The notes under the pieces were generated by a model. That model worked only from the letters and a program-made list of their open reading frames with translations, was not told the DNA's origin and did no database searches. DNA of 60,220 bases, the filler included, from Hausera hauseri (lineage: Eukaryota), in NCBI GenBank assembly GCA_046269625.1. It is 10 parts of 10 records of this genome, joined end to end, with 100 filler letters (N's around TTAATTAATTAA, not from the genome) between each part and the next. Parts side by side here need not be neighbours in the genome. Positions count along the whole stretch, not along the records: positions 32,452 to 39,050 come from JBJURY010082436.1; positions 39,151 to 43,437 come from JBJURY010655997.1; positions 43,538 to 47,692 come from JBJURY010731101.1; 7 more parts are not named here. One strand, 5' to 3'. The position numbers and the translations under genes are program-made. Positions 32,352 to 45,231 of the stretch are shown piece by piece (within the stretch, counting starts at the first letter, position 1; each line of letters opens with the position of its first letter).

Positions 32352-32614
32352 NNNNNNNNNNNNNNNNNNNNNNNNNNNNNNNNNNNNNNNNNNNNTTAAT
32401 TAATTAANNNNNNNNNNNNNNNNNNNNNNNNNNNNNNNNNNNNNNNNNNNNTATTACTCGGTGGAGAATGATAATTTGGCGAGTTATTGATTGTTTTTCC
32501 TGCACAAAGTGGGTCAATACTTGATATGGGACTTAATTAAGACAGATAAGTGGTCATGTGGGCCTGATTATTGCTTGTAAAGTTTATAAATATCACGCAT
32601 GCACGGACGACAAC

Positions 32615-32697
32615 AAAAGGCTGATTTAATTTACAAGGTTTTGTTTATTTACGTTAAAAGGCGGATTTAATTTACAATGGTTTTGTTTATTTACGTT
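32615..32697. repeat. two-copy ~41-bp tandem repeat containing minus-strand AATAAA
   Basis: aaaaggctgatttaatttacaaggttttgtttatttacgtt / aaaaggcggatttaatttacaatggttttgtttatttacgtt, just downstream of the minus-strand gene block. Confidence 0.8.
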
Positions 32698-33029
32698 AAA
32701 CATTTTTACAAAGCTATTCGATTTTAAGTTTTCTGCGTTGTTTCTTTATCGGTTTCTGTAAAGGTTCGACTCCCATGGCGGCATTGTTGTAAGGCGTTGG
32801 TAACTGTTCAAGTGATGTACTGTGTGCTGTCTGATCATGTACAAAGTTCTGTAAATAACCGTTTGGTAGCGGGTTTTGCGTCGACTCGTCATACCCGGGT
32901 GAAAAGGTCTGTATAGGAGCACTTTGCATGGCAATGGACTTTTCATAAAACGGTAAAAGTTCTGTAATGGCTCAGTGTCAATGAATGACATAAGGTTCGG
33001 CAGAGGCTTGGTTTGTGTGGTGGCCATGC

Positions 33030-33315
33030 TGGATAATGAGTATCATTCTGGAATGTCTTTTGGAACCGTTGCTATGTAGTCGATGGCGGATACAATCTCA
33101 CTTTGCGAGGCGATGAGTTGTTCAAATTCTTCATGGGTTAATGAGATTCTTGTTTTTGTTGGGAACTTTTTGTAGCTTTCGCCATAGTATCTTCTAATAT
33201 GCACCAAAACTTAATTTCGATATGAGGAAACCATAAGTAGCATGGTCGGGCCTATTGGTTTTGCCAATGCGGCATCGTTGGTCATGTAAACATTGTTATC
33301 AAACCGCGTAAACAT
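33030..33315 (-). pseudogene. PC4/Sub1-like ssDNA-binding protein
   Basis: Hand translation 'LMVSSYRN*VLVHIRRYY..FPTKTRISLTHEEFEQL'. Confidence 0.7.
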
Positions 33316-33403
33316 TTTGAAACAGAAGGACCCTCTGGTTGTGTGTGAATTGCTTATATACCGTTATAACCGGTTTATGCTGGATGTGTGACGTCATAGA
33401 TAT

Positions 33404-33818
33404 TTATACAAGTAGGGTTTCTCCGCAGTCAAGGTCGGACGAGGCGCCAAACGAGTCTACCGTTGACGTGTTGTCTCGTTGACGAAAAGGACATGAGGAC
33501 GCGTCGCATGAACCCCCTCCGGCTTTGATGATGATGAAATAAATGACGTAGAGTCCACAAGTGTTACTAAAAACTTGTAAGGGTCGCTCGTTGTAGACGA
33601 ATTTACTGTCAGAGTTACGTTTAATAAAATCGTCAATGTCAGCGTGAAATGTGCCGATGCCGTCATAGTACAAGGCTATCCATTCGTATTTATGACAACG
33701 GCCACTGGCTTTGTTGGGTCGATGCGTTTGGGTAATATGTCGTGGGGCATGACTTTGACGGGATGTTGGCAGACGAAAATGTCAGATTTTAAAATTGTTT
33801 GTATCTGTCGAGTGTCAT
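33404..33818 (-). pseudogene. Polinton cysteine protease
   Basis: 'VVINT', 'YYDGIG', 'YNERPLQVFSNTCGLYVIYF'. The catalytic His region is missing. Confidence 0.8.
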
Positions 33819-33825
33819 CTTTATT

Positions 33826-35118
33826 TTATGCCACAAACGCCAGTAACACTTGTCTGGTTTTGGAAATTTCAATTATAGAGTCTTGTTTGGCATACACCAC
33901 GACTTGTAAGGGATCGGGCATCACGGCGGAAAATTTAAACTCTAGCGAAAGATGTCCGTTTTTCAAAAGGCCCCCGTCCAAAAGGCTGGGACTTATATTG
34001 AACGTGGAGAGGGCATAACAATCTTTAAAACTTTTGTAGTCGACATTGCAGCTGGCATCCTTACCGATCAGACCCATAGCTAGATTGGTTCAGAAAAAGG
34101 CTCGAGCGTAATGTTCGCGATCGAAATCTACCATTTACGGCTTCCCCATGGCCGTCCTCCCATCGACGGTGACGTTCAAGTACGTCAAACCAAAATGTTG
34201 AAAGTTGAACCGATTGTTTCTGTAGGTGCCGTTAAAAGCCGAGAAACTTACTATCCCAATCACGACGCGCGTCGGTGTTTGACTGAGGCAAAGATTGTCT
34301 TGAATGTGCGACAACATTCCTCTGGGTATGGACAATGTCTTTATCGCGACTCGTTTGATGGGGTATTTCGCGTTCACTGTAGTCAATGCTTTTTCGTGGG
34401 CCAGAGAAATGGCCGGATTTAATTAGGTTTTCCTGACCAGCAGGACGGTGCACGTTATAATTGATTTATAACCGAGCACAGGATCGTCGGCTATGAAGTT
34501 GAACGAGTCTTTTGAAGGGTTGAGTTTGATCTTTACGTCCACAGTTCAGCATGTAACGACCTTGGGTGAAGATGTCGCAGTGTAACTTTCCCATCATATC
34601 CACTTCTCGACTACCCGCAACCAACTCCCGACGCGTTTTTAGTACCACGTTAGAATCGGCTTTAGCTTCATCGAGAAATTTTGGCGTGTCGCTGTAGTAT
34701 AGAACTTCCGTCAGGGACCCATTTTGGCTTCCCGACCGTAATTGAAAACGGATTCGAGGTAACATCTGCAAGGGTAAGTGTTTTCGCTCGCCATGATCAA
34801 CGTGTCCTTCAGGGCGACGTCCACTTGTGAAAAGAAACTGTGCAGATAATTGTTGACCGGGGCCACTTCAGCACCATCAGGTAAATTGTTGCCGTTGGCC
34901 AAAGCAACTTTGGCTCTCACGTGTACAAAGGTATTAAACAAATCTAGACACTCTTTGCCGCTTCCTGATATTACAAATTCTATGGGTACCCCGGGAGCGA
35001 GAGAAGCGAGAGGGTGAATTTCAACAAACAGTCCTTCCTCTACCGCCGTTTGTGTTGGAGGAGCGCTAACAAATCAAAACCTGAATGGAGGCATTCGCTC
35101 GGGGTGTATCAAAGCCAT
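33826..35118 (-). pseudogene. Polinton major capsid protein, frameshifted
   Basis: 'PPTQTAVEEG..IHP..PIEF', 'APVNNYLHSFFSQVDV', 'LHCDIFTQGRYMLN', 'AKYPIKRV', 'FNFQHF'. Confidence 0.92.
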
Positions 35119-35139
35119 GTCCTTTAATCAAAGATGTCT

Positions 35140-35578
35140 AAATGCTTCCTTCCTCGTCGTTTCGTGGACTTGTTGTAAGAACTGCTCTGGGTGACAGTCG
35201 TTTTTATTCTATTATTAACGAGTTCGCCTGGCAGCATGGCTTTTCTTTTACGATGCATGCCACCACCCGATTAGTTGCCGGTTACCTGATTCATGGCGCC
35301 TTGCAACAGTCTCTTTGGCTCGATCTCGGAAGGATTCGCCGACGTTTCTACCAGTTAACGCGTCCTGGGCCACTTGCAAACCCGTCCCTGATTAAAGCTT
35401 TGCCACCTATCTTTAACAATAGGAGGATCATTCGACCCAAATCGCTAAAGAAACTACCGATGCCTCTTCCGCATTGACTTCTGCCTCTGACAAAAATGGG
35501 AGTTCCATCTCCTGCTTGACTGCGGTAAAAATCTTTGTAAACTTTGGCGCTTTGATGTAAAGGAGTGTGCCCGACCAT
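35140..35578 (-). pseudogene. Polinton core-like protein (QxGxGIG motif)
   Basis: 'YRSQAGDG.P.F.RG.SQ.GRGIGSFFSDLGR'. Confidence 0.7.
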
Positions 35579-35581
35579 CTT

Positions 35582-35800
35582 TTACTTTATTGAAAATCGG
35601 AATGTCTCCTGGGTCGAAAATGTAACGTCACCACCGAAGAACATTTCATGAATGGGATTTTTTGTCCCAGGTCGCTGGTTAAAAGTATTTCCACAGTGTA
35701 AAAAAAATTGACTCAGCGGCAGGTAGTGGGGTCTGTTGTAAATCCGAAACATGGAGGTCAAATTTCTATCCAAAATGGGCACCGTTCGTTACAAAGGCAC
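35582..35800 (-). pseudogene. Polinton minor capsid C-terminal remnant
   Basis: 'VPL*RTVPI..YNRPHYLPL', then a 'TLHFR'-type end after a frameshift. Confidence 0.7.
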
Positions 35801-38466
35801 CACAAATCGGATATTGACCAAGATTCACATGTCTTTTCGTGTAGCAACTGTGGCAAGATTTGGCACGTCCACCGCGATTTGATGCGACATGAAGAGACTT
35901 GTAATGGAGGCAAACCTGTCAATGTATATAAAGGGGGTGTTTACAACCCACCCGAGACTATTTTGGAGAAAATTGCTCTGCTCGGGACATCAGTTAACAC
36001 ACACAATGTGTACCTATATAGAGCAACTTTAGATTTCGTGACATATTTTCAAAAGACAGTCTTGCCTCCAGAGGCTAGTGCGACAAAATTTGTCACAAAG
36101 CGCGTCCCGTTATCCTGCTGTATAGCCTCTAACGTGCATGGAATGAAGGAACCCGTTTGCTTCGTTACAAACGGAAACCCTCAATCCTTGGTCAATGATT
36201 TAATCGACCACCTCGAAGAAATATCAGAGGCGGCTTTTAAACTGTGAAAAAGAATTTGAGGATGCGATTAAAGCCTTAGGCAAATTAGAAGATAGCACAC
36301 TTCTAGGTAAGCTGATGTATTACTTGGGTCAGTTCTCAGTCATTGGATTTAACTCGGAAACATATGACATTAATGTAATTAAACTCTACCTAATAAACGC
36401 ACTTGCCGCTGAATGCGATGCAAAAGCCGCTATAGGAGGCAGTCGAGAAGAAGAGAAGGCTTCTGCCAAACCTCAAAATTTCATTACAATAATAACTTTA
36501 TGTGCTTTTCCACCCCAATGTTGAAATTTTTAGACATTTGCAATTATTTATCGCCTGGTTTCAGTTATAGCAAGTATCTAGCCGCCTACAAAATAAAGGA
36601 AAGTAAGGGATATTTTTGTTACGAGTATCTAGATGATTTAGAAAAATTAAAAGAAACTAGTCTTCCTCCCCATTCTGCGTTTTTCTCGTCCCTTAAAAAT
36701 AGTAATATTTCAGATTCAAAATATGAATATTGTCAAGAAATTTGGGCCGGAAACCACATGAAAACGCTTCAAGATTTTCACATTTGGTATAACAATAAGG
36801 ATATAGTGCTCTTTCTAGACCCGTTAGAAAAACAGGTTGAATACTATTCTAATTTGGGCGTCGATATTTTTCGTGATGCAATATCGGTCCCTGGCGTAAC
36901 TTTAAAGTACCTTTTCAAAACTAAACCTTCTGATGTAGCTTTTGTTTATATTTGAAACGCGAAAAGTAACTGCATCAAGTGATTACGGACAATATAGTCA
37001 GTGGTCCATCAATTTTTTTCCATCGGTACCATGAAAAGGGTGAAATGTTTATTAGGGGGGATTAGTTAGTTCAGTCTAATGTAATTTCTATGACACGAAC
37101 GCGCTTTATCTTTGGGCTTTAATACAGGACATGCCGACTGACTTTGCTATAGTTAGGAATAGGGAAGACGGGTTTAAAATGCATAAAGTGAATTATTATA
37201 CGAGACATAGTCGCGAATGGTTGGCTTGGGTAGAGCACGAGAAAGGAATAACTTTAAAAACTCAATATAACGGTAAGGAAATGGTTTTAGGTCACTTTGT
37301 ATGATAGGGTAGACGGGTGGGATAAAAATTCGCTGACCGCATATCAATTCCATAGTTGTGTTTTCCACGGGCATCTACATTTTTCCGTCACCAAAGGTAA
37401 GATCATTAATCCAATCAGTAAGATACATTTGGCCAAGTTGTATAAGAAAACTCTGAAAATTCGCGAGCGATTATCTAAACTCGCTGAAGTCGTGGAGATT
37501 TAGGAATGTGAGTGGAAAGCTCTGAAAAAGTCAAATCCAGCAAAAATGTTTTTTCTGAAAACTACGCCATTCGGGGCGCGATCCACGTTCCTGAAATTCT
37601 GAAAGCTATACAGGATCAGAAATGATTTGGTTTAGTAGAGTGTGACATCCACGTCCCCGAAGAATTAACGGATCATTTCTCTGAAATGACTCAGATATTT
37701 AAAAACATTAATGTCTCTAGAGCCGACATAGGGAACTTTATGCGTGAATCTCAATCTCAATCATGGGCTACAACTCACAAACGTGTACCGGGTCATCGAG
37801 TATCATCCGATGGCTTGTTTCAAAGAGTTTGGTGACAGTGTCTCTGATGCTCGGCGCAAGGGAGATCTTGATGACGTATACGCCATGACTAGTGATATGA
37901 TGAAATTGTTGGGGAATGCCGCTTAAGGCACAACTCTAACCAACATATCCAAACACTCTGACGTATCTTACTGTGAGGGTGATGACACTACCGGTTAATA
38001 GTCCCCTATTTAAAAAGATGATAGAAATTAGTAAGGATCTTTTTGAAATAGAAATGCGTAATTTCCCGTTACAAATGGAGGTTTTCGTGTTTCAATATGC
38101 CACGTTGAGAATGCTAGAATTTTATTATGATTTTATAGAAAATATGTAGATAGATCAGACTTTCAACTATGTGAAATTGATCCTAGCAGAGGTAGTCAAA
38201 CCAGAAATGAGAACAGAATTTTTTAGCGTTTACGACAAGTGGTTTACCGCAGAAGTCTGTGATGCGCATAAGTCCAAATTTATTACGGTGAGGGAAAGGC
38301 TGGGGTAGATTGTCAAAGTTGTAAAGATAGGAAGTTATTTGATAAGAGAACCCCGGGTCTCTTCAAATTAGAATATGCGGGTGAAGGGATGGTATCCCTT
38401 TGCAGTAAAACGTACCATTGATACGGGAGTTACAATAAAACCAGCGCAAAAGGTGTAATAAAATAA
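35800..38466 (+). pseudogene. polB: protein-primed family B DNA polymerase with Vsr-like insertion, 5'-truncated
   Basis: 'VIGFNSETYD', 'KGYFCYEY', 'YNNKD', 'YDTNALY', insertion 'VDGW..YQFHSCVFHGH..I*ECEW', 'KLLGNA', 'TPGLFKLE', 'LCSKTY', 'AKGV'. Confidence 0.92.
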
Positions 38467-39289
38467 AAAAACAACATAATCACATATTGCTTTTTCTTCC
38501 TTCATTGTATTTGTTTTTTATCTGCTTTAAAGTGGGGAATTTAAGGCTTCTTGTCGTCTGTTATTTTTGGCTGTGACAGAGAGCCTATTGTGGTTCTGCG
38601 GTTTCAGGTGCAACCCCTGCGGCCGGTGCAGCCTCGGCCCAGCCATCGTTTTTTAACACAAGGGAAACGTCATTACATGACAATTTCTCTTAACTTCCTA
38701 GATCTTTATAAACCTTCAAATACTTTGTCATCTTTATCTAGTGTCGATAACCATTAAACCACATGGTTTGCCGAATTGTGCTTTCAATTTTAAAACTTCA
38801 TCGGCTTCTTATTTATGCTCAAATTTCCAAAAGCCACGCAACAATAAAAACCAAATTGTTTAAAAATCCAAAAGGAAATTATTTTTCGTGTATAAACAAA
38901 AAAATAAAAAATGTTTTCCGTTTTGCAATTTCCGTTACGGTAAAGATTCTGTTTTCACACTTATTACCCTCTCATGTAGACCAACCCAGTTCACCTACAC
39001 AGCTTGTTTCCCCTATCTCTTCTTCTACTTCTTCCTCCAACAAATCTTATNNNNNNNNNNNNNNNNNNNNNNNNNNNNNNNNNNNNNNNNNNNNTTAATT
39101 AATTAANNNNNNNNNNNNNNNNNNNNNNNNNNNNNNNNNNNNNNNNNNNNAACGAAACCCCAGATATTTTCTGTGCTAGGTTCAGGTAATCCTTGGGTTG
39201 CCCAACCACAATTTCGAACCCGACAAAGTTGAACCAGCGCAACTTCCATAAAATGTTAATTATCAAAAACATTATTTCTGAGATACATT

Positions 39290-42200
39290 CTTTCATTACA
39301 GGATGAATCGTGTTTCTAGTAGCGAATAAACATGGTTTGACATATTCATCCCAGTCATCTTGGCGTTCATTAACCATCGTTGCTAACATGTTTGTCAATA
39401 TTCCGTTGAACTTTTCTACTGTTCCATTAGTTTGTGAATAATTCGGGTTGTTTATATTTGTAATATTCGAAATATTTTTGATATTTCTGCCATGACTTCT
39501 CATATGAAGTTTGGGGTTTGATCTGTCAATAGTTTAGTAGGCGTTCCATAATTAAAGATCATCTCTTCTACGAAGGCTTGAGCGATAGTCTGTGCCTTTT
39601 GATCTTGTACCGTAATTAATACGGGCAATCCAGAGAATAAATATACAAACACTAACATGTATTTATCTCCATTCACTGTCATTGGCATCGGTCCCAAAAT
39701 GACAATAGTTGAAAATTTCATTGGAGCTGGTGGACATTCCAGTGGCTTAAGCGGGACCTTAATTTTTGATCCTGTATTTCTACGTGTAGCACAAATATGA
39801 CAGCTTTTGCACCATTCTTGCACATCTCTTTGCATATTATGCCAGTAATACTTCCTTCTTAATTTGTCCAAGGTTCGTTTTACCGATTGATGTCCCCCCA
39901 TCACGCCATCATGATACTGTGTTAAAAGTATCTTTATGTCTTCTTGCGGGACAACTACAACTGGTTTTCCTTTATAGCTATAGTATAATATATCGTCTTT
40001 AATCTCGTAATTTTCGATAATTTTTTCGAGATGAACATGGAGGTTGGTATCGTTTGGTATAGTTTTTTTTCTCATGTACTCTCATATTTGGTTTATTTGC
40101 TCGTCATTCTGTTGTCGCTGTAATAACAGTTTTTCCTGATCCATAATACTCCAAATGGCTGCTATTACACTTGGTTTTTCTTTTTTTGTCCGTATCTTCA
40201 GGCATTCTCGACAAGTAATCTGCATTTATATTAGCCTTTCCAGTTATATATTCGAACTTGAGATCATATTGCTGGAGAAGCATTGCCCATTTCATTGGAC
40301 GACAATTTGGGCTTTTATGGTTTTTCAGCCATTGTAATGGCTTTTGATCAGTATATACAACGATTGGTTTTGTCTCCGATAAGTACTGACCATATTGTTC
40401 CAGTGCCATACAATCGCAGGTAACTCCCTCTCAATCGTAGAGTAGTTTCTTTCGTGTTTTCGTAATTTTTTTCCTCCAAACAATATTGGATGTTCTTGTC
40501 CTTGGTCATCTTTTTGTGATAACACCACTCCAATTCTAACTTTACTCGCATCTGTAGCTAAGAAGAATGGTTTTGACATATTTGGATAAGCTAGTATTGG
40601 CGGAGCTAGTAAATTATCTTTTAGCTCTTCATATGCCTTTTGGCATTCTTGAGTCCATATGAGTTTGGAAGTTTTTTGTAGTAGTGAATATAACGGAGCG
40701 GCTACTTGTTGATAATCCATAACAAATTTTCAATAATAATCTGTAAGGCCAAGGAATTTTGTAACACCTCGAACTGTTTTTGGGATTGGAAAATCCTGGA
40801 TTTTCTTGATTTCCCCAATCTGAGGACTAATGCCTTCTCTACTCACGGTATGACCTAAAAAGTCAACTTTGGTTCACTTTTGTATCAAGAAGTGTAAATC
40901 TTTCTAGCATATTTTTTGGGTGTTCTTTATGTTGTTTATAATCGGTTGAGGCAATTATAACGTCATTCACATAACAAATTATATGTGGAGCGTCCATTGT
41001 AACTATATCAATTGCTGTCTGGAAAGTTGCTGGGGAATTCGGTTAAATTCGTAATGCCCATCCGATGTCACAAACGCTGTTTCCTGTTTATCTTCTTTTT
41101 GTACTTTTATTTGCCAAAAACTTTTTTGTAAGTCCACCGTAGTGAATAACATCTTATCTTTCAGTTTGTCTAGTATTTCATCGATTCTAGGTAATGGATA
41201 AGTATTGTGTATCGTTACTTCATTTAAAGCCCGATAGTCCACGCACATTCTTATAGATCCGTCCTTTCTTTTACCATTACTATCGGAGCTGCCCAAGGAG
41301 GATTACTTGCTCTAATTTTATCATAATGTCTCATTCAGGCTATTATCTCTTTGGCCTTCTCTCTTTTGTCATACTTGAGGCAGTACGGTCTCTTCTTGAT
41401 GGGAATCTCCATACCTTGTTTTAATTTGATTTCATGTTTGATTACAGGTATTACACCCATGTCGTATTCATCTATTGCAAATATATCTTTATACTGCTGC
41501 AATATTTTAACTATGCCTTCCTTTTCCGCTTCCGTCAGTGAACTTTCTTTGCCAAACAAGTCACAGTCATTCCAATTGATAGGAGTCTTTACAAGTTTTG
41601 TAATCTTATTTTTATTAAGATGGGTTTTAAGTTTGTTCATTGGCTCGTTCTCGATACGTATTCCGCATTTAACTTGAGGTTGCCGTCGTTGTCTTTCTAT
41701 GCGTTCTGACAATTCTTCCACAGTAGATACGATGGCTTCTGTCGCATTATTACCTGTCTTTCACGATATATACATAGGCAATTCGTGTCCCTTTTCTCAA
41801 CAACTTTGATTTATCACAGACGTTAGCAATTCGAATAATTACTTGTCGTTCTTATTACTTATCGTTCTTTGGTTGGCTTCTGCAACTTTTCCTTTAATTG
41901 TTCCGGCATTTGCTTTCGTGAGATCATTAAAGATGAAGCTCCAGTATCTAGTATAGCAGTAATAAGATATCCGTCTATCCAAATTACCGTTCTTGGTATA
42001 GCTTTTCCTCCATATATGCTGGTTATTAAGTCTTTCCTTGGAGCGAACGGATAAAAAGTTAACTTTATATGTTTTGGATCGCAATTGTCCGTGTCACTAG
42101 AATAACGTACATCGATGTATTCGTTTGGTGAGATGAAATGTTGTTCCATTGGGTATTCATTCCATCTTTTCATTTGTGGGATGTCTGCCAGTAACGTTCT

Positions 42201-43437
42201 TTTTTTTCTACGAGTCGTGATTAGATTCCATGTCTTTTTAGTATCTCCAAACGACTGCGGTTTTATCTTGTCTATTGGTGGTGTATTGTCATCTTCGTTA
42301 GAGTCGGCTTTATTTTTGTTTTTCTGCTTCCACTCTGCATCTTTCTTTATTAAAAACAGCTGGCTATATTTTGGATCAATGCGTAGACAATTTTCCAGGT
42401 ACAACCAGCGGCTTGTTTTATTCCGTATCATTTTGTTATCACTGTTAAGATTGCTTTTACAAATGCGAATATGTAATAAAATCCTAACCATCCTGAATTG
42501 AACTGACCAAACCACACATACCATCCCAATGCGGTTGCAAATATATACTTAGCAATTTTCTTTGCATAATCGGGTACCATTAAATTTTCCCAGTTAGCTT
42601 TTCCATTATGATCAGCTAAGACTTTCATGGCCATTTCTGTCAAAACTTTTTGTCTCTGTTGAGGGAATATCATCATCCGCCTATGATTTTCGATATCTCG
42701 TTCAGAGTATACTCCCATTTTTACTAAATCCGTCAACGGTTTATAAGTTTGTTCAGTCTTTAAGTTTATTAGGCTGATTCTTCGTGGTGGAGTAATCTGT
42801 TCCTTGTTAGGCATTCGTATCCATAACCCATCACTTAATCGATATACTGGTGACATTGTATATTTGCAATTTTGATACACATGAGGCTTTTCCATTGGGT
42901 CTAGTAATATCCGAGTAACTGGTTGTAAGAAACGCGGTTTTTCTTTGTACAAGATTGGCAGTTCCATAGAACATTCTTTAGTAGGTCTTAATTTAACTGC
43001 CACTTTCGTGCATTCAAATGTCACTAGAGTTTCGCACATGGTTGGTGCAAATTTTCCTTCTGCATCGGGTAATTCTGCAGGATCCTTTATTATGCCGTCC
43101 GTTATTGCCGATAAATATATTCGATTCCTAATTATTTCTCTGTTTAATTTGCAGTCATTCAAGATTATCTCTCGGTACATAGTATAAAGATTCTCCTGCT
43201 GAAAATAATAGATAAAGTCTATCTTATTATTAAAGTATAAATGTGGTTTTACTTCCGATTTATCGATCATCCTATTAGCTTTGAGTACTTCAAAGGTGGA
43301 TAAAAATACTCCTTTATAATTTGTTCGATATACTACTTTATCGCATCTTTTTGTAACTCTTTCTAATTTAAATCTCATTCCTTCGTTAGGATCTGCTGAG
43401 TACCCTATAGTAGGGGTTTCGATAATATCGGATACTC
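39290..43437 (-). mobile_element. decayed Gypsy element, second family with glycoprotein-PR-RT-RH-IN order
   Basis: Glycoprotein ORF 42428-43378 aligns with the 27650-28680 segment. 'ILDTGAS' (~41950), RT 41003-41296, RH 40104-40720, IN 39290-40075. Confidence 0.92.
42350..43437 (-). pseudogene. env: chuvirus-like glycoprotein, C-terminal half
   Basis: 'TNYKGVFLS', 'YFNNKIDF', 'NDCKLN', 'ECSMELPI', 'PVTRILLD', 'FPQQRQKV', 'FGQFNSGWLGFYYI'. Confidence 0.85.
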
Positions 43438-43537
43438 NNNNNNNNNNNNNNNNNNNNNNNNNNNNNNNNNNNNNNNNNNNNTTAATTAATTAANNNNNNN
43501 NNNNNNNNNNNNNNNNNNNNNNNNNNNNNNNNNNNNN

Positions 43538-43655
43538 TAGGCACAGGACCGCGGTTTCCCGATCCGACTCCGACATCTTTATAAAGTCGAAGTATCTCTC
43601 GCATTTTCCAATAAAGGTATCCACGTTATCACCTTTCTGGAATTCTTTGGCATTA
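43538..43655 (-). pseudogene. possible retrotransposon Gag N-terminal fragment
   Basis: An alternative frame reads 'KEFQKGDNVDTFIGKCERYFDFIKMSESDRETAVLC'. Confidence 0.4.
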
Positions 43656-45231
43656 ATTTCTTCTCGAAGAAGTCTCTTGAAGCGTAATTCACCATGTTAG
43701 TAAATCGCGTTACTACCATTCCGACCTCAACGTAATTCGATGATTGTAAGATTAAATTCTGCATTAGAAATTTGTTATAAAAGTTGGTATAACAATTATC
43801 TCCTTCACTCATTAAATGATTCTTCTTTTCATCCTTCCTTGAATTTCCTGACATTATGTTGGATGTTTATTGATTTAACTTTGAATTGAATTAAACATTA
43901 ATATTCGTTTAAATTCCTCCTCACAATTATTATTGTTTTTCTTAACAAATTTGTAAAAATAAAACTGACAAATAACATTTCTACTAAACAGATACAATTT
44001 ATGTACAGTTTAAGAAGGAAATAGTGAAAATTGTTAAATCATTCATTAAGAAAAATGCAGAAAAACTGTAAAACATAATTAAGAAGATGCACATAATACT
44101 AGTTAAAATTAAATAAACAAAATTACATTAAATTCGTCAAATTTCGAATCAATGTAAACTAATAATACTTTCTTTTTCTAAAAATATAAAAAATAATAAT
44201 GTCACACTATTTCACTTACATCACCGTTTATTTCCGAGGAATGCATCCGATGCATAATTAAGTAGAACCAAGCCGCTACTACATTTCAATACGTTCATCC
44301 AATAATCAGTTACTAATTTTGATTCATCAAAACATTATTAGTAACTGTCTATAAATATAGCAAAAGTTCATTTTTATTAAGAGTTATTTTTATCATTCTT
44401 ATGCGAATACATCCAAAGTTCATACAAATTCCATATTATTTTAATTATGTTTAAATAACATCTAAATAATTATTTCTGAAGTTTTTGAAATACAGTATAG
44501 GAATAAAAGATAAAGAGCCTTCTAAAACTTAAGAAAAACGTATTATTGTGCGCTGCACCGCGCCAATTTCCATTTGCTTATAGGTTTTGGCATATGGGGA
44601 ATCGAATGACTTCATCATATTCTTCGAATAACGTTGATGTGCATTGTCAATTAGCACTTTGCTAATAGGTTCGATCAATAGTGCAAAGTGCTGTAGTCGA
44701 TTTGTGAAATGTGCAAAAGTGCGCATAGCAACGGTGCCCAAAGGCACCGTCGCCATGCACATGTGCCGATCGATAGTGAAGCGGGTGCACTATCGATTAG
44801 CACATGTGCAGTATCGATTTATCGATTACCCACCGTGGGAGTGGAGCCGAATGCCCATTTTTCCCTACTAACTGCGTACGTCATCAAAATAATATTTACA
44901 ATTCTACAACATTATTATTGATCATTCAATGCTTATCAAATACTGAGTGAACTTATCAATGTAATCTTATTACGAGTAGCTTTACAAACAAAACGAGTTT
45001 ATTTCATTTAATGAAATAAAAAATAATCGCGAATACTAGAATTATAAAATAGTCGAACATATGAACATATAGACCACACAAGTATTTGTATTAAGAGTCT
45101 TTCTTTGATACTTATCGGATGAATAAATGTTATTTTAAACAAATATACCAGTCGTCATAATTTTTAACCGTTGTTAAGATTTCTTTTTAAATTGCAAAAC
45201 ATACCAAATATCTTCCATTCGTGAATTAATA

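Larger units (their letters stand above)
32452..38470. mobile_element. second Polinton family, decayed and internally deleted
   Basis: Minus strand: penton end, core-like protein, major capsid, protease, PC4-like gene. Plus strand: pPolB. Confidence 0.92.

Noticed and set aside
13733-39150. A Polinton-retrotransposon hybrid element
   Set aside because: Polinton and Gypsy genes are always on separate contigs. No junction is visible.
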